Assembly: GCF_035084215.1 (NCBI RefSeq)
Contig: NC_090361.1
Location: forward strand, 1,488,001-1,552,000
Direction: 5' to 3'
Source of the DNA: Heptranchias perlo
Lineage: Eukaryota
Length of the DNA stretch: 64,000 bases
Shown here: positions 35,201-45,852 of the stretch, piece after piece
How the letters are laid out: every line of letters starts with the position of its first letter
Position numbering within the stretch: position 1 is the stretch's first letter
Position numbers and translations under genes: made by a program
Notes under the pieces: model-generated
What the model saw: only the letters and a program-made list of their open reading frames with translations
Databases searched by the model: none
What the model was told of the DNA's origin: nothing

Positions 35201-38080
35201 CGCGTGTAAATAGCTCATATACACGGCATGTAGGGGGTTGTTTTATTATCTCATTGACTTGATTTAATAAAGTGAATCAGCCTCAAATGTTTTCAGTGTT
35301 TCACAGTCCTCGAACTTCTATTAAAGGTAAAGGATGTTTGACAACATCCTGTATAGACCCGACCCCGTGTACAATACATATACTCAGCAGTGTACTCCCC
35401 TGTTGTTTCTGAAATGATTGTGTAATTGGCGCGTGTACAGAACGTGCCGACTGTTACTGATTCACGGTCACCGTCCCATCGTGTGTAAATCACAAGGCCC
35501 GTGCCCAGAGCACACGGTCCAGTCACAGCGGGAATCTACGGCCCGCCTCACCCCATGGGTCTTACCTGAGTCCACGAGGAGAAGTTGATTTTATCGGCAG
35601 CATTGAACGCCATGATGTTGTGCTTCTTGGTGTTGTTCCTGGGAAGGGGAAGGGGAAGGGAGCAGGTTTAAGTACACTGACCCTCCGCTCCCCCACACCC
35701 CAACCCTTCCCTCCCCCACTTCCCCCCCCCAACACCACCCACCACCCCCCTTCCCCCCCACCACCACCACCCTTCCCCCCCCATCCCCCTCCCCCACCCC
35801 CCTTCCCCCCCCCCATCCCCCTCCCCCACCCCCCTTCCCCCCCCCCATCCCCCTCCCCCCCCCCCATCCCCCTCCCCCTTCCCCCCCCCCCCACCACCCC
35901 CCACACCCACCGGTCGATGGTTCGACAGGTGTTGGTCACCTTCTGGTACCTGATCCAAGTGACATTGTTCAGGCTTGAGCCCAAACAGTGAGAGTGGGCA
36001 GGCCACCCACCCTGGTGGGCACCATATCCGACCCGATCTCACCCAACAAACGCAAAATGCGGTAAATACACAGCAAGTCTGTCAGCTCCAAAAGGGAAAA
36101 GGCAGGTTGATGATTTAGGAGAGACCCTTCGATAGTGATTCTCACCCAGGGCCCCTCCTAGAACATTCTCCTGCCTTTGCTGTGTGCTGCCCACCTGCTG
36201 TGCATTTCCAAATCTGGTAGTAATAATCAGAGAGCCTCTTACTTGGGGACACGGACTGTGTACTCGGTCACCGCCTGACTGCTTGAACCCTGCCAAAGAA
36301 AAACAAACAACATGATCGACAGACAGGAACCCTGCAACGAATTACAATCTCAGCTTATGATGCTGCAATTACAATAATATCCATCTCCTGGTCAGGTGAT
36401 CGGTAACATCTGCTTGTGTCACAACGACAGCTGACCTGTGTGGAGAAAACCAGGGCAAGAGGGAGCCTCAGGCTGGATTCTGGAAAAAGTTCTAGAAAAA
36501 GGCAGTGAGGCACGGGCCCCTCAGGTTTATAAAACATTACATGATAGAGGCACGGTAAGTACAGAATATTCCTTCAAAATAAGCCAGGGAAGTAGGATGA
36601 AGACACAGAATGAACCACCATTTACCCAGCACTGTAACACATCTTTCAGAATAGCCCAAAGAACTTCTCATCTCATGAATTACTTGGAGATCCAGTCACT
36701 GAGATTATTTATGCAAACGGGTGAATTTAAATTATATCAAGTTAAATATTGAATAGTAAATTTAAAACAGCATCGGGAAGAACTTTACTCAAGAGTTAGA
36801 AATGTCTGGAATAATTTGCCAGTCAGGGTACAGGAGGAAACAACACTGGTCAAAGTACAGGTAGGTTAACAGGACAGTTAAAAGTACCAGAAGGATGGGC
36901 TTTAGCAGGAGAGTTAATGTACATTAGGAGGAAATGGGTTTCAAATGCCAAGTCATCATTTCTTACCCCATTATTTTTCATCCACTCATCCTATCTTAAA
37001 TAGAAGGTACTGATTTCGAATGGGGCAGGGTTTACCCCTCAGCATTCACAGCCGCTCTGCCCCTTGCGACTGAGGGAGTCTGAGCGAGTATACCAATCAC
37101 AATCCAAGAAAGGACGAGACATCCAAATGACTTTGTTCTTACTGTTTTTACGCAGTTTTGTAACTGCTGCAAAAAACAAAGTCATGTGGTGAATGGAGCA
37201 AAGGAGCTGAGGGACTGCGGTTTTATAGGAATCCAGTAAGGTTAAAATCACTCAGGATTCAGATTAAAGCGTTCACACTGCACAGTCTCGCTGCAGTCAG
37301 TGCAGGGAAGCACTTAAGTTGCATCGTTCCCAGTTTGGGCGAGAGCAAGGCTGGATCACACGTCTTGTTCTTGAGCACCTGACAGTGTACATTCATTTAC
37401 TGGAAGACACCGTGTGTTTACGTAAGCTGGAGTCAGACACTTTATAAATCCTTTAAAGGCAATTACTGCAGAGGATACCAGGGGTGAGGGACTTCAGTTA
37501 TGTGGAGAGACTGGAGAAGCTGGGATTGTTCTCCTTAGAGTGGAGAAGGTTAAGGGGAGATTTAATAGAGGTGTTTTGATAGAGTAGAGAGGGAGAAACC
37601 GTTTCCAGCGGCAGAAGGGTCGGTAACCAGAGGGCACAGATTTACGGTAATTGGCAAAAGAACCAGAGATGAGATGAGGAGAATTTTTTTTACGCAGCGA
37701 ATTGTTATGATCTGCAATGCAATGTGTGAAAGGGCGGTGGAAGCAGATTCAATAATAACTTTCAAAAGGGAATTGGATAAATACTTGAAAAGAAAAAATG
37801 TACAGGGTTATGGGGAAAGATCGGGGGGGGGGGGGGGAGTGGGTCTAATTGGATATCTCTTTCAAAGAACCAACACAGGAACGATGGGCTGAATGGCCTC
37901 CATCTGTGCTGTAGATTCTATAATTCTAGCTCAGTGACTGACAACAACCACTCCATCTAAACCCTTTCCACAGTTCAGCCCACCATCGGAATGCAGCACA
38001 CAACTCTTCAAACCCATCCTTCCAAACTTCCCTCCACCCTCTCCCCAGATCTCAAACAATGCTCTTACCAGATTTGCCAT
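26010..38080 (-). CDS. GTF2F1: General transcription factor IIF subunit 1 (RAP74); 13 coding exons, 1593 nt, 530 aa
   Basis: Exons 38080-38069, 36289-36243, 35638-35566, 34350-34157, 34070-33900, 32959-32757, 31326-31173, 30395-30331, 29706-29584, 27773-27700, 27613-27475, 27025-26899, 26220-26010. All are GT-AG with consistent phases. The protein runs from MANLGSSSQAVTEYTVRVPK to the winged helix EDAVRRYLTRKPMTTKDLLKKF. Confidence 0.96.
26899..27025 (-). CDS. GTF2F1: GTF2F1 coding exon 12
   Basis: KRHGGSVETPVAKRLKMD...SGKSTPQPQSGKSTPSSG. Confidence 0.93.
27170..27393. repeat. Minisatellite GTGAACGCAGCCCCCGCCCGTACCC(G)n
   Basis: 6 units with variable poly-G. Confidence 0.9.
27475..27613 (-). 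CDS. GTF2F1: GTF2F1 coding exon 11
   Basis: KKKTPPKK...SSRGNSRPSTP...STLKAAASKLEQ. Confidence 0.93.
27700..27773 (-). CDS. GTF2F1: GTF2F1 coding exon 10
   Basis: DSSDESESSDESDIESGAASALFML. Confidence 0.92.
28225..29176. repeat. 17/19-bp minisatellite (CCCAGCCGATCCCC[CC]AGT)
   Basis: About 50 units; source of the 360-386 aa spurious ORFs. Confidence 0.95.
29584..29706 (-). CDS. GTF2F1: GTF2F1 coding exon 9
   Basis: GIDEDSESSEESEEEKP...KKEKKKK. Confidence 0.92.
30331..30395 (-). CDS. GTF2F1: GTF2F1 coding exon 8
   Basis: DNNEEDRGKVKADKEEEEGPK; phase-consistent with neighbours. Confidence 0.87.
31173..31326 (-). CDS. GTF2F1: GTF2F1 coding exon 7
   Basis: KKKKKGSDDEAFEDSDDGDFEGQEVDYISDDDS. 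Confidence 0.94.
31382..31580. repeat. 49-bp tandem repeat x4
   Basis: CCAGGCCCTGCCCGATCGCAGGGAGACGGATGGAACCAGCCCCAGGCTG repeated. Confidence 0.9.
32191..32782 (-). repeat. 28-bp tandem array (~21 copies) built from the GTF2F1 exon 6 3' end plus its 5' splice site
   Basis: Minus-strand unit GATGGAGAGAGTGACGAGGACG|GTGAGT. Confidence 0.95.
32757..32959 (-). CDS. GTF2F1: GTF2F1 coding exon 6
   Basis: RNKVVNHFSIMLQKRLK...DLRIHDLEDDLEMSSDESDGESDED; first donor G|GTGAGT. Confidence 0.92.
33900..34070 (-). CDS. GTF2F1: GTF2F1 coding exon 5
   Basis: FKGQRKGGVTENASYYIFTQCPDGAFEAFPVNAWYNF...LTAEEAEEEWG. Confidence 0.95.
34157..34350 (-). CDS. GTF2F1: GTF2F1 coding exon 4
   Basis: AKMERDLSNKKIYQEEEQPEFGAGSEFGKKLRE...QPWLLRVNGKAGR. 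Confidence 0.95.
34434..35346 (+). mobile_element. Candidate solo LTR in GTF2F1 intron 3
   Basis: About 910-bp AT-rich block bounded by TGT...ACA, with TATA-like CCTATAAG (~35006) and AATAAA (~35266) near the 3' end; no clean TSD. Confidence 0.45.
35566..35638 (-). CDS. GTF2F1: GTF2F1 coding exon 3
   Basis: NNTKKHNIMAFNAADKINFSSWTQ. Confidence 0.93.
36243..36289 (-). CDS. GTF2F1: GTF2F1 coding exon 2
   Basis: GSSSQAVTEYTVRVPK; CAG|...|GTAAGA. Confidence 0.92.
37475..37920 (+). mobile_element. CR1 LINE 3' fragment
   Basis: RLEKLGLFSLE..RLRGDL; [16 protein letters not shown]. Confidence 0.88.
38069..38080 (-). CDS. GTF2F1: GTF2F1 coding exon 1 (MANL)
   Basis: ACT ATG GCA AAT CTG|GTAAGA; 12 nt, as in the mammalian MAAL exon. 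Confidence 0.8.
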
Positions 38081-38527
38081 AGTTGCCAGGTACCAGGCAG
38101 TGTTTCAATTTCTGATCGGATCTTGTTCGGATTCTGTCATAGAAGTGAAATAAAGGTGAATAATCCAGGTCACCTCCCAACCTCGTCCAGCCCGACAGCC
38201 TCTCATTCCCCGCGCCTCTCACTCTGGCCTTCTGTGCCCCCCAACCCTCTGCCCCCCTCAGACTTCTCAAAACCCCGTTGCCTGAGTGACCTCGCCCACA
38301 GGTTTCAGCCTCCATCTCCTCCTGCCGGTGAGGAGTTTCTCCGAGTTACACTCCAGGAACAAACATTGTGATCAGAAGTCACTCGGGACGGTCTGTGCTC
38401 CTGATATTATCGCCCAGCAGCAGCTCACAGGCCAAACCCGGACAGCAGGAGCAGGGCAGAGCCCAGGGGATGGAGTCATGGCCCGGGTTCATGGGTGGGG
38501 TTCATGGGTGGGGGCAGAGACAAGTAC

Positions 38528-38702
38528 ACGGGGCGGGGATCGGGGTACGGGGGGCCGGGGATTGGGGGCACGGGGGGCCGGGGATTGGGGGCACGGGGGG
38601 CCGGGGATTGGGGGTACGGGGGCCGGGGATGGGGGTATAAAGGGCCGGGGATTGGGGGTACGGGGGGCCGGGGATTGGGGGCACGGGGGCCGGGGATTGG
38701 GG
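38528..38702. repeat. G-rich minisatellite (GGGGGCCGGGGATTGGGGGCAC)
   Basis: About 7 units. Confidence 0.88.
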
Positions 38703-38709
38703 CCTCCCG

Positions 38710-38973
38710 TCACTGCGCATGCGCGCCCGGGATAACATTAATTTCAATCTTCCAATAAATGTTCGGCCCGGGAAATAAAAAAAATGATCGTAAAACAATC
38801 GCTGAATCAGCGACTAATCGATAAAAACCACCTGGGAAATCACCGCGCGCAAAATTCCACAAAAGGAGAATCGAAAAACCGCCGCGTCCTCCTCGCCCCA
38901 CCGGAAACCGGTCCGCACTCAACCCCGTCCCACCGGAAGCGGGTCCGGGACACACAGATCCCCGCCCACTCAC
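38710..38973 (-). promoter_or_regulatory. GTF2F1 CpG-island promoter and probable non-coding first exon (donor CAG|GTGGTT at 38832/38831)
   Basis: NRF1-like TGCGCATGCGC (38714), ETS-like CCGGAA twice (38901, 38933) and GC box CCCGCCC (38961). The ATG exon has its own acceptor at 38134-38136. Confidence 0.6.
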
Positions 38974-38979
38974 TCAAGT

Positions 38980-41900
38980 TTTAAAAAAATGTATTCTCGG
39001 GTTGTGGGCGTCGCTGGCGAGGCCGGCATTTATTGCCCATCCCGAATTGCCCTTGAGAAGGTGGTGGTGAGCCGCCTTCTTGAACCGCTGCAGTCCGTGT
39101 GGTGAAGGTTCTCCCACAGTGCTGTTAGGAAGGGAGTTCCAGGATTTTGACCCAGCGACGATGAAGGAACGGCGATATATTTCCAAGTCGGGATGGTGTG
39201 TGACTTGGAGGGGAACGTGCAGGTGGTGTTGTTCCCATGCGCCTGCTGCCCTTGTCCTTCTAGGTGGTAGAGGTCGCGGGTTTGGGAGGTGCTGTCGAAG
39301 AAGCCTTGGCAAGTTGCTGCAGTGCATCCCGTGGATGGTACACACTGGAGCCACTGTGCGCCGGTGGTGAAGGGAGTGAATGTTTAGGGTGGTGGATGGG
39401 GTGCCAATCAAGCGGGCTGCTTTGTCCTGGATGGTGTCGAGCTTCTTGAGTGTTGTTGGAGCTGCACTCATCCAGGCAAGTGGAGAGTATTCCATCACAC
39501 TCCTGACTTGTGCCTTGTAGATGGTGGAAAGGCTTTGGGGAGTCAGGAGGTGAGTCACTCGCCGCAGAATACCCAGCCTCTGACCTGCTCTTATAGCCAC
39601 GGTATTTATATGGCTGGTCCAGTTAAGTTTCTGGTCAATGGTGACCCCCAGGATGTTGATGGTGGGGGATTCGGCAATGGTAATGCCGTTGAATGTCAAG
39701 GGGAGGTGGTTAGACTCTCTCTTGTTGGAGATGGTCATTGCCTGGCACTTATCTGGCGCGAATGTTACTTGCCACTTATGAGCCCAAGCCTGGATGTTGT
39801 CCAGGTCTTGCTGCATGCAGGCTCGGACTGCTTCATTATTTGAGGGGTTGCGAATGGAACTGAACACTGTGCAATCATCAGCAAACATCCCCATTTCTGA
39901 CCTTATGATGGAGGGAAGGTCATTGATGAAGCAGCTGAAGATGGTTGGGCCTAGGACACTGCCCTGAGGAACTCCTGCAGCAATGTCCTGGGGCTGAGAT
40001 GATTGGCCTCCAACAACCACTACCATCTTCCTTTGTGCTAGGTATGACTCCAGCCACTGGAGAGTTTTCCCCCTGTTTCCCATTGACTTCAATTTTACTC
40101 GGGCTCCTTGGTGCCACACTCGGTCAAATGCTGCCTTGATGTCAAGGGCAGTCACTCTCACCTCACCGCTGGAATTCAGCTCTTTTGTCCACGTCTGGAG
40201 CCGAGTGGTCCTGGCGGAACCCAAACTGAGCATCGGTGAGCAGGTTATTGATAAGTAAGTGCCGCTTGATAGCACTGTCGACGAAACCTTCCATCACTTT
40301 GCTGATGATTGAGAGTAGACTGATGGGGCGGTAATTGGCCAGATTGGATTTGTCCTGGTTTTTGTGGACAGGACATACCTGGGCAATTTTCCACATTGTC
40401 GGGTAGATGCCAGTATTGTAGCTGTACTGGAACAGCTTGGCTAGAGGCGCAGCTAGTTCTGGAGCACAAGCCTTCAGCACTACAGCTGGGATGTTGTTAG
40501 GGCCCATAGCCTTTGCTGTATCCAGTGCACTCAGCCGTTTCTTGATATCACGTGGAGTGAATCGAATTGGCCGAAGACTGGCTTCCGTGATGGTGGGGAT
40601 ATCAGGAGGAGGCCGAGATAGATCATCCACTCGACACTTCTGGCTGAAGATGGTTGCAAACGCTTCAGCTTTGTGTTTTGCACTTATGTGCTGGACTCCG
40701 CTATCATTGAGGATGGGGATGTTTGCAGAGCCTCCTCCTCCCGTTAGTTGTTTAATTGTCCACCACCATTCACGACTGGATGTGGCAGGACTGCAGAGCT
40801 TTGATCTGATCCGTTGGTTGTGGAATCGCTTAGCTCTGTCTATAGCATGCATGTAGTCCTGAGTTGTAGCTTCATCAGGTTGGCACCTCATTTTTCGGTA
40901 CGCCTGGTGCTGCTCCTGGCATGCTCTTCTACACTCCTCATTGAACCAGGGTTGATCCCCTGGCTTGTTGGTAATGGTAGAGTGAGGAATATGCCGGGCC
41001 ATGAGGTTACAGATTGTGCTGGAATACAATTCTGCTGCTACTGATGGCCCACAGCACCTCATGGATGCCCAGTTTTGAGCTGCTAGATCTGTTCTGAATC
41101 TATCCCATTTAGCACGGTGGTAGTGCCACACAACACGTTGGATGGTGTCCTCAGTGCGAAGACGGGACTTCATCTCCACGAGGACTGTGCGGTGGTCACT
41201 CCTACCAATATTGTCATGGACAGATGCATTTGCAAGAGGTAGATTGGTGAGGACGAGGTCAAGTAAGTTTTTCCCTCGTGTTGGTTCGCTCACCACCTGC
41301 CGCAGGCCCAGTCTAGCAGCTATGTCCTTCAGGACTCGGCCAGCTCGGTCAGTAGTGGTGCTACCGAGCCACTCTTGATGATGGACATTGAAGTCCCCCA
41401 CCCAGAGTACATTTTGTGCCCTTGCTACCCTCAGTGCTTCCTCCAAGTGGTGTTCAACATGGAGGAGGACGGTGATTCATCAGCTGAGGGAGGACGGTAG
41501 GTGGTAATCAGCAGGAGGTTTCCTTGCCCATGTTTGACCCGATGCCATGAGATTTCATGGGGTCCAGAGTCAATGTTGAGGACTCCCAGGGCCACTCCCT
41601 CCTGACTGTATATCACTGTACCGCCACCTCTGGTGGGTCTGTCCTGCCGGTGGGACAGGACATACCCAGGGATGGTGATGGAAGAGTCTGGGACGTTGGC
41701 TGAAAGGTATGATTCTGTGAGTATGGCTATGTCAGGCTGTTGTTTGACTCGTCTGTGGGACAGCTCTCCCAATTTTGGCACAAGTCCCCAGATGTTAGTA
41801 AGGAGGACCTTGCAGGGTCGACTGGTCTTGGTTTGACGTTGTCGTGTCCGGTGCCTAGTGGTCCGATGCCGGGTGGTCCGTCTGGTTTTATTCTTATTAT

Positions 41901-42266
41901 GACTTTTCGTAGCGAGATTGTACAACTGAGTGTCTTGCTAGGCCATTTCAGAGGGCAATTAAGAATCAACCACATTGCTGTGGGTCTGGAGTCACATATA
42001 GGCCAGACCGGGTAAGGGCGGCAGGTTTCCTTCCCTAAAGGACATTAGTGAACCAGATGGGTTTTTACGACAATCCGGTAGTTTCATGGCCATCATTACT
42101 GATACTAGTATTTTAATTCCAGATTTTTTTAATTAATTGAATTTAATTAATTCATTGAATTTAAATTTGCCAGCTGCCCTGGTGGGATTTGAACTCATGA
42201 TTCTGGATTTTAGTCCAGGCCTCTGGATTACTAGTCCAGTAACATAACCACTATGCTACCGTACCC
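38980..42266 (-). mobile_element. Near full-length (~3.3 kb) CR1/L2-group non-LTR retrotransposon: tRNA-derived 5' head, single APE+RT ORF broken by frameshifts
   Basis: APE motifs (LLTNIWGL, DIAILTES, RGGG, YRPP, VGDFN, LDLVLTN, SDH) and RT motifs (NYRPISLLS, LDIKAAFDRVWH, GVPQGSVLGP, FADD) across ORFs 41431-41925, 40163-41446 and 38974-40275. The 5' end carries A and B boxes. Confidence 0.93.
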
Positions 42267-42344
42267 AAGTCCGTAGAAACCCCCCGCCTCTGGGCCCCTT
42301 CTGACCAAGCGGAGGGTGAACTGGTCTGTACAGGTGTCGAAAAC

Positions 42345-42410
42345 TTGAAACGCTGCCTGACCTGCTGAGCTTCTCCAGCATTTTCAGCATCCGCAGTATT
42401 TTGCTTCAGT
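42345..42410 (+). mobile_element. Short Penelope-like remnant
   Basis: GCTGCCTGACCTGCTGAGCTTCTCCAGCATTTTCAGCATCCGCAGTATTTTGC resembles a common shark Penelope terminus (from recall). Confidence 0.45.
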
Positions 42411-42899
42411 TTTGAGATTTGCTGATGATGAAAATTCATGTCTGTCTTAGACACCAGATCACCAGGGCCCTGTTTCCAATCATCTCACTTAAAAACTAGA
42501 TTGTCAGTTCCAAAACAAGACAGATGACAACTCTGCAGTGGTGGCAATAAAAGGGAACGATTTGGGAAGGTGCAAAATGCAAAGAGCTAGAAGGATTTAC
42601 TAAGTGAAACTTGAGCTATCACAACAAGCCTTCATGAAACTAAAGAGAACCAGATTACAAATATATTGAAATTGCATGCATATGAAACTTGTAGGAGCGA
42701 GTGAAATGAAAGCTAGTCTCCAAACCTTGACATCCAGCATCACACTATTACTGCGATAAAGTTCAATGAGATCAGTGTGTAGTATTTTCATTAACAGATT
42801 GCAAACACTGTTCAAGCCACATTAAATATTGTTATATAAAAATTGTTAAAAAAAACCTCTCCCTGTTTATTTTTAAGTCAAGATAGATAATACTGGGAA

Positions 42900-43316
42900 T
42901 AGAACACTCTCTGATCATACTCCCAGGGCAGGTACAGCACGGGTTAGATACAGAGTAAAGCTCCCTCTACACTGTCCCATCAAACACTCCCAGGGCAGGT
43001 ACAGGGTTAGATACAGAGTAAAGCTCCCTCTACACTGTCCCATCAAACACTCCCAGGGCAGGTACAGCACAGGTTAGATACAGAGTAAAGCTCCCTCTAC
43101 ACTGTCCCATCAAACACTCCCAGGGCAGGTACAGCACGGGATAGATACAGAGTAAAGCTCCCTCGACACTGTCCCATCAAACACTCCCAGGGCAGGTACA
43201 GCACAGGTTAGATACAGAGTAAAGCTCCCTCTACACTGTCCCATCAAACACTCCCAGGGCAGGTACAGCACGGGTTAGATACAGAGTAAAGCTCCCTCTA
43301 CACTGTCCCATCAAAA
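42900..43316. repeat. ~67-bp satellite (CACTCCCAGGGCAGGTACAGCACGGGTTAGATACAGAGTAAAGCTCCCTCTACACTGTCCCATCAAA) x6
   Basis: Visible tandem units. Confidence 0.92.
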
Positions 43317-43789
43317 AGTACATGATAACGAACTGTGATATTACCTCAAATAGCCATGTTCACTCTCGAGGATCTTAGAGATCCCCTCACCTCCTGAACT
43401 CACTGACTCCTCGCTGCGGAACAGTTCTACAGAAAGTGGTGCCATCCATCAGCTCACTCAAGTGTCCATTCTTCACGTGTGTGCCTAGACGATTCAGCTG
43501 TGGGGACCTTCAGAGCTGAGCCAACTATGTTCTCACTTGCCATCCACAGGCCTCCCAGCAGGAGGTGCTGGAGTGATTTGGAGCCAGAACATCTGGCATT
43601 CACTGAGCCGTTGGGGAGCCCCATGCTTACTTTTCCCCGGCCTGCTTATTCCCCACCCCCCCACCACTCTCAACTACACCCTTCCCAATCATCAGGATGG
43701 AGTGGTCTGGGTGCAGGTTTCCCACAGCCACCTTGCATCACATTTTGACCAGACTGACATTTGACAATAAACCTTGAGGAATCAAATGA

Positions 43790-44240
43790 TTTACAAGGAT
43801 GATACTAGAACTGAGAGGTATAACTGTCAGGAAAGGATGAACAGGCTGGGGCTCTTTTCTCTAGAAAAGAGAAGGCTCAGAGGTGACCTGATAGAAATTA
43901 TGAAAGGGTTTGATAGGGTAGATGTGGAGAAGATGTTTCCACTTGTGAGGAGCCCAAAACTAAAGGCCATAAATATAAGATAATCACTAATAAATCCAAC
44001 CGGGAATTCAGGAGAAACTTCTTTACCCAGAGAGTGATTAGAATGTGGAACTCACCACCACATGGAATAGCTGAGGCATATAGCATAGAGGGAAGCTTGA
44101 TAAGTACATGAGGGGGCAAGGAATAGAAGGATATTCTGATAGGGTGAGATGAAGTAGGGAGGGAGGAGTCTCATGTGGAGCATAAACACCGGCACAAACC
44201 AGTTGGCCTGTTTCTGTGTTGTAAATTCTATGTAATTTTA
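43790..44240 (+). mobile_element. CR1 LINE 3' fragment
   Basis: [18 protein letters not shown]; CR1 3' UTR. Confidence 0.88.
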
Positions 44241-44389
44241 TGAATCAGTCAGTCCATCCCTACAATCCCAGCCCAGCTGGGAGCACTCACTGATCAAGAC
44301 AAATATGCTCCAGAATCAGGGCAGCCCCAACACAGGGCCTCCCGGCCTTCAGGGCAGTACGCACCATGACCAGAGCAGCAGATTAACTC

Positions 44390-45287
44390 TAATACCGTGG
44401 GAAATATTGAGACGACTGAAGCCATTGTCTTCAGTCCCTGCTGCAAACTCCGTTCCCCAGCCACCGACTCCATCCCTCTCCATGGCCACTGTCTGAGACT
44501 GAACCAGACTGTTCACAACCTTGGCCTCCTATTTGACCCTGAGATGAGCTTCCGATCACATATCCGCTCCATCACCAAGAACGCCCACTTCCACCTCCAT
44601 AACATCGCCCGTCTCCGTCCCTGCCTCAGCTCATCTGCTGTTGAAACCCTCATCCGTGCCTTTGTTAACTCTGGACTGGACTATTCCAATGCTCTCCTGG
44701 TCGGCCTCCCATATCCCACCCTCCATAAACTTGAACTCTTCCAAAAGGGATGGGCAATAAATGCCGGCCTCGCCAGCGACGCCCACATCCCATGAACGAA
44801 TAAAAACTCTGCTGCCCGGATCCTAACTTGCAAAGTCCCGTTTTCTCATCACCCTGTGCTCGCTGACCGACATTGGCTCCTGGTTCAGGAACGCCTTGAT
44901 TTTAAAATTCTCAACCTTGTTTTCAAATCCCTCCGTGGCCTCCCCCTCCCGATCTCTGTAACCTCCTCCAGCCCTACAACCCTCCGAGATCTCTGCGCTC
45001 CTCCAATTCTTGCCACTTGCACATCCCCGATTTTAATCACTCCATCATTGGCGGCCATGCCTTCAGCTACCTTAGCCCTAAGCTCTGGAATTCCTTCCCT
45101 GAATCTCTCCGCCTCTCTCTCTTCCTTTAAGACGCTCCTTAAAACCTACCTCTGACCCAGCTTTTGGTCACCTGTCCTAATATCTCCTTATGTAGCTTGA
45201 TGTCAAGTTTTGTTTGATAATCGCTCCTGTGAAGTGCCTTGGGACGTTTCACTACGTTAAAGGCGCTGTATAAATGCAAGTTGTTGT
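44390..45287 (+). mobile_element. L2-type LINE 3' fragment containing a short insert (~44745-44805) of the 3' tail of the 38980-42266 LINE family
   Basis: VHNLGLLFDPEMSF..HI...LDYSNALL; tail TTAAAGGCGCTGTATAAATGCAAGTTGTTG; insert GGATGGGCAATAAATGCCGGCCTCGCCAGCGACGCCCAC. Confidence 0.85.
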
Positions 45288-45333
45288 GTAAAACACACAC
45301 TTCCTCCAAAATCCCCAGGGTGACATTAAAGCA

Positions 45334-45339
45334 TTTATT
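45334..45339 (-). terminator. PolyA signal of YJU2B
   Basis: AATAAA on - about 60 nt after the stop codon. Confidence 0.6.
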
Positions 45340-45397
45340 GCAGAGGAATGAATTACAAATTAGGTATAACTGGCCACTATTTACATTCAGGCACAGC

Positions 45398-45852
45398 TCA
45401 GGAACTGTCTGTATCTGAGGTGGAGTCAGAATAATCAGCAACAAGTGAGCTGGTATTGGTGCCTCGATCTGTGTCGATCACAGTCTCAGACCGTAGGGGA
45501 GAGCCAGCATCCGCCCTCAAACTGCTGTCACTTTCCTGACTCGTTCTGTCTGAAACACGGCTTATTTGATCGTTTCTGCTGCCCATCTCCATCCTGAAGT
45601 CAGTATCTCTGCTGGCCGAGTGCTGCCGCTCCTTCTGGTGCACTGAACACTCCCCTGACTTCCGTCGGATTATTCCCAGATCACTTGCGACAATTCCGTT
45701 TGGGCTGTTTAAAGATTTGACTGTCGATACTTTGCTCAGTCCCAGTTTCTTTAACGTTTCTCCGGCCTTCTCGCCCACTGTGGTTTGGGACGAAGCAAAC
45801 CAGGGCCGCGAGGTGATTTCCTTCCGTTTCATTCTCTGCTTGTCCTCGTAGG
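45398..45852 (-). CDS. YJU2B: YJU2B last exon
   Basis: YEDKQRMKRKEITSRPWF...LGIIRRK...SLVADYSDSTSDTDSS-stop. Confidence 0.93.

Noticed and set aside
35950-35984. GSSLNNVT peptide resembling GTF2F1 exon 2
   Set aside because: The true exon 2 with proper splice sites is at 36243-36289; this one lacks matching boundaries.
42296-42355. Hammerhead ribozyme in the Penelope remnant
   Set aside because: CTGA and GAAA are present, but the CUGANGA core and flanking stems are not intact.
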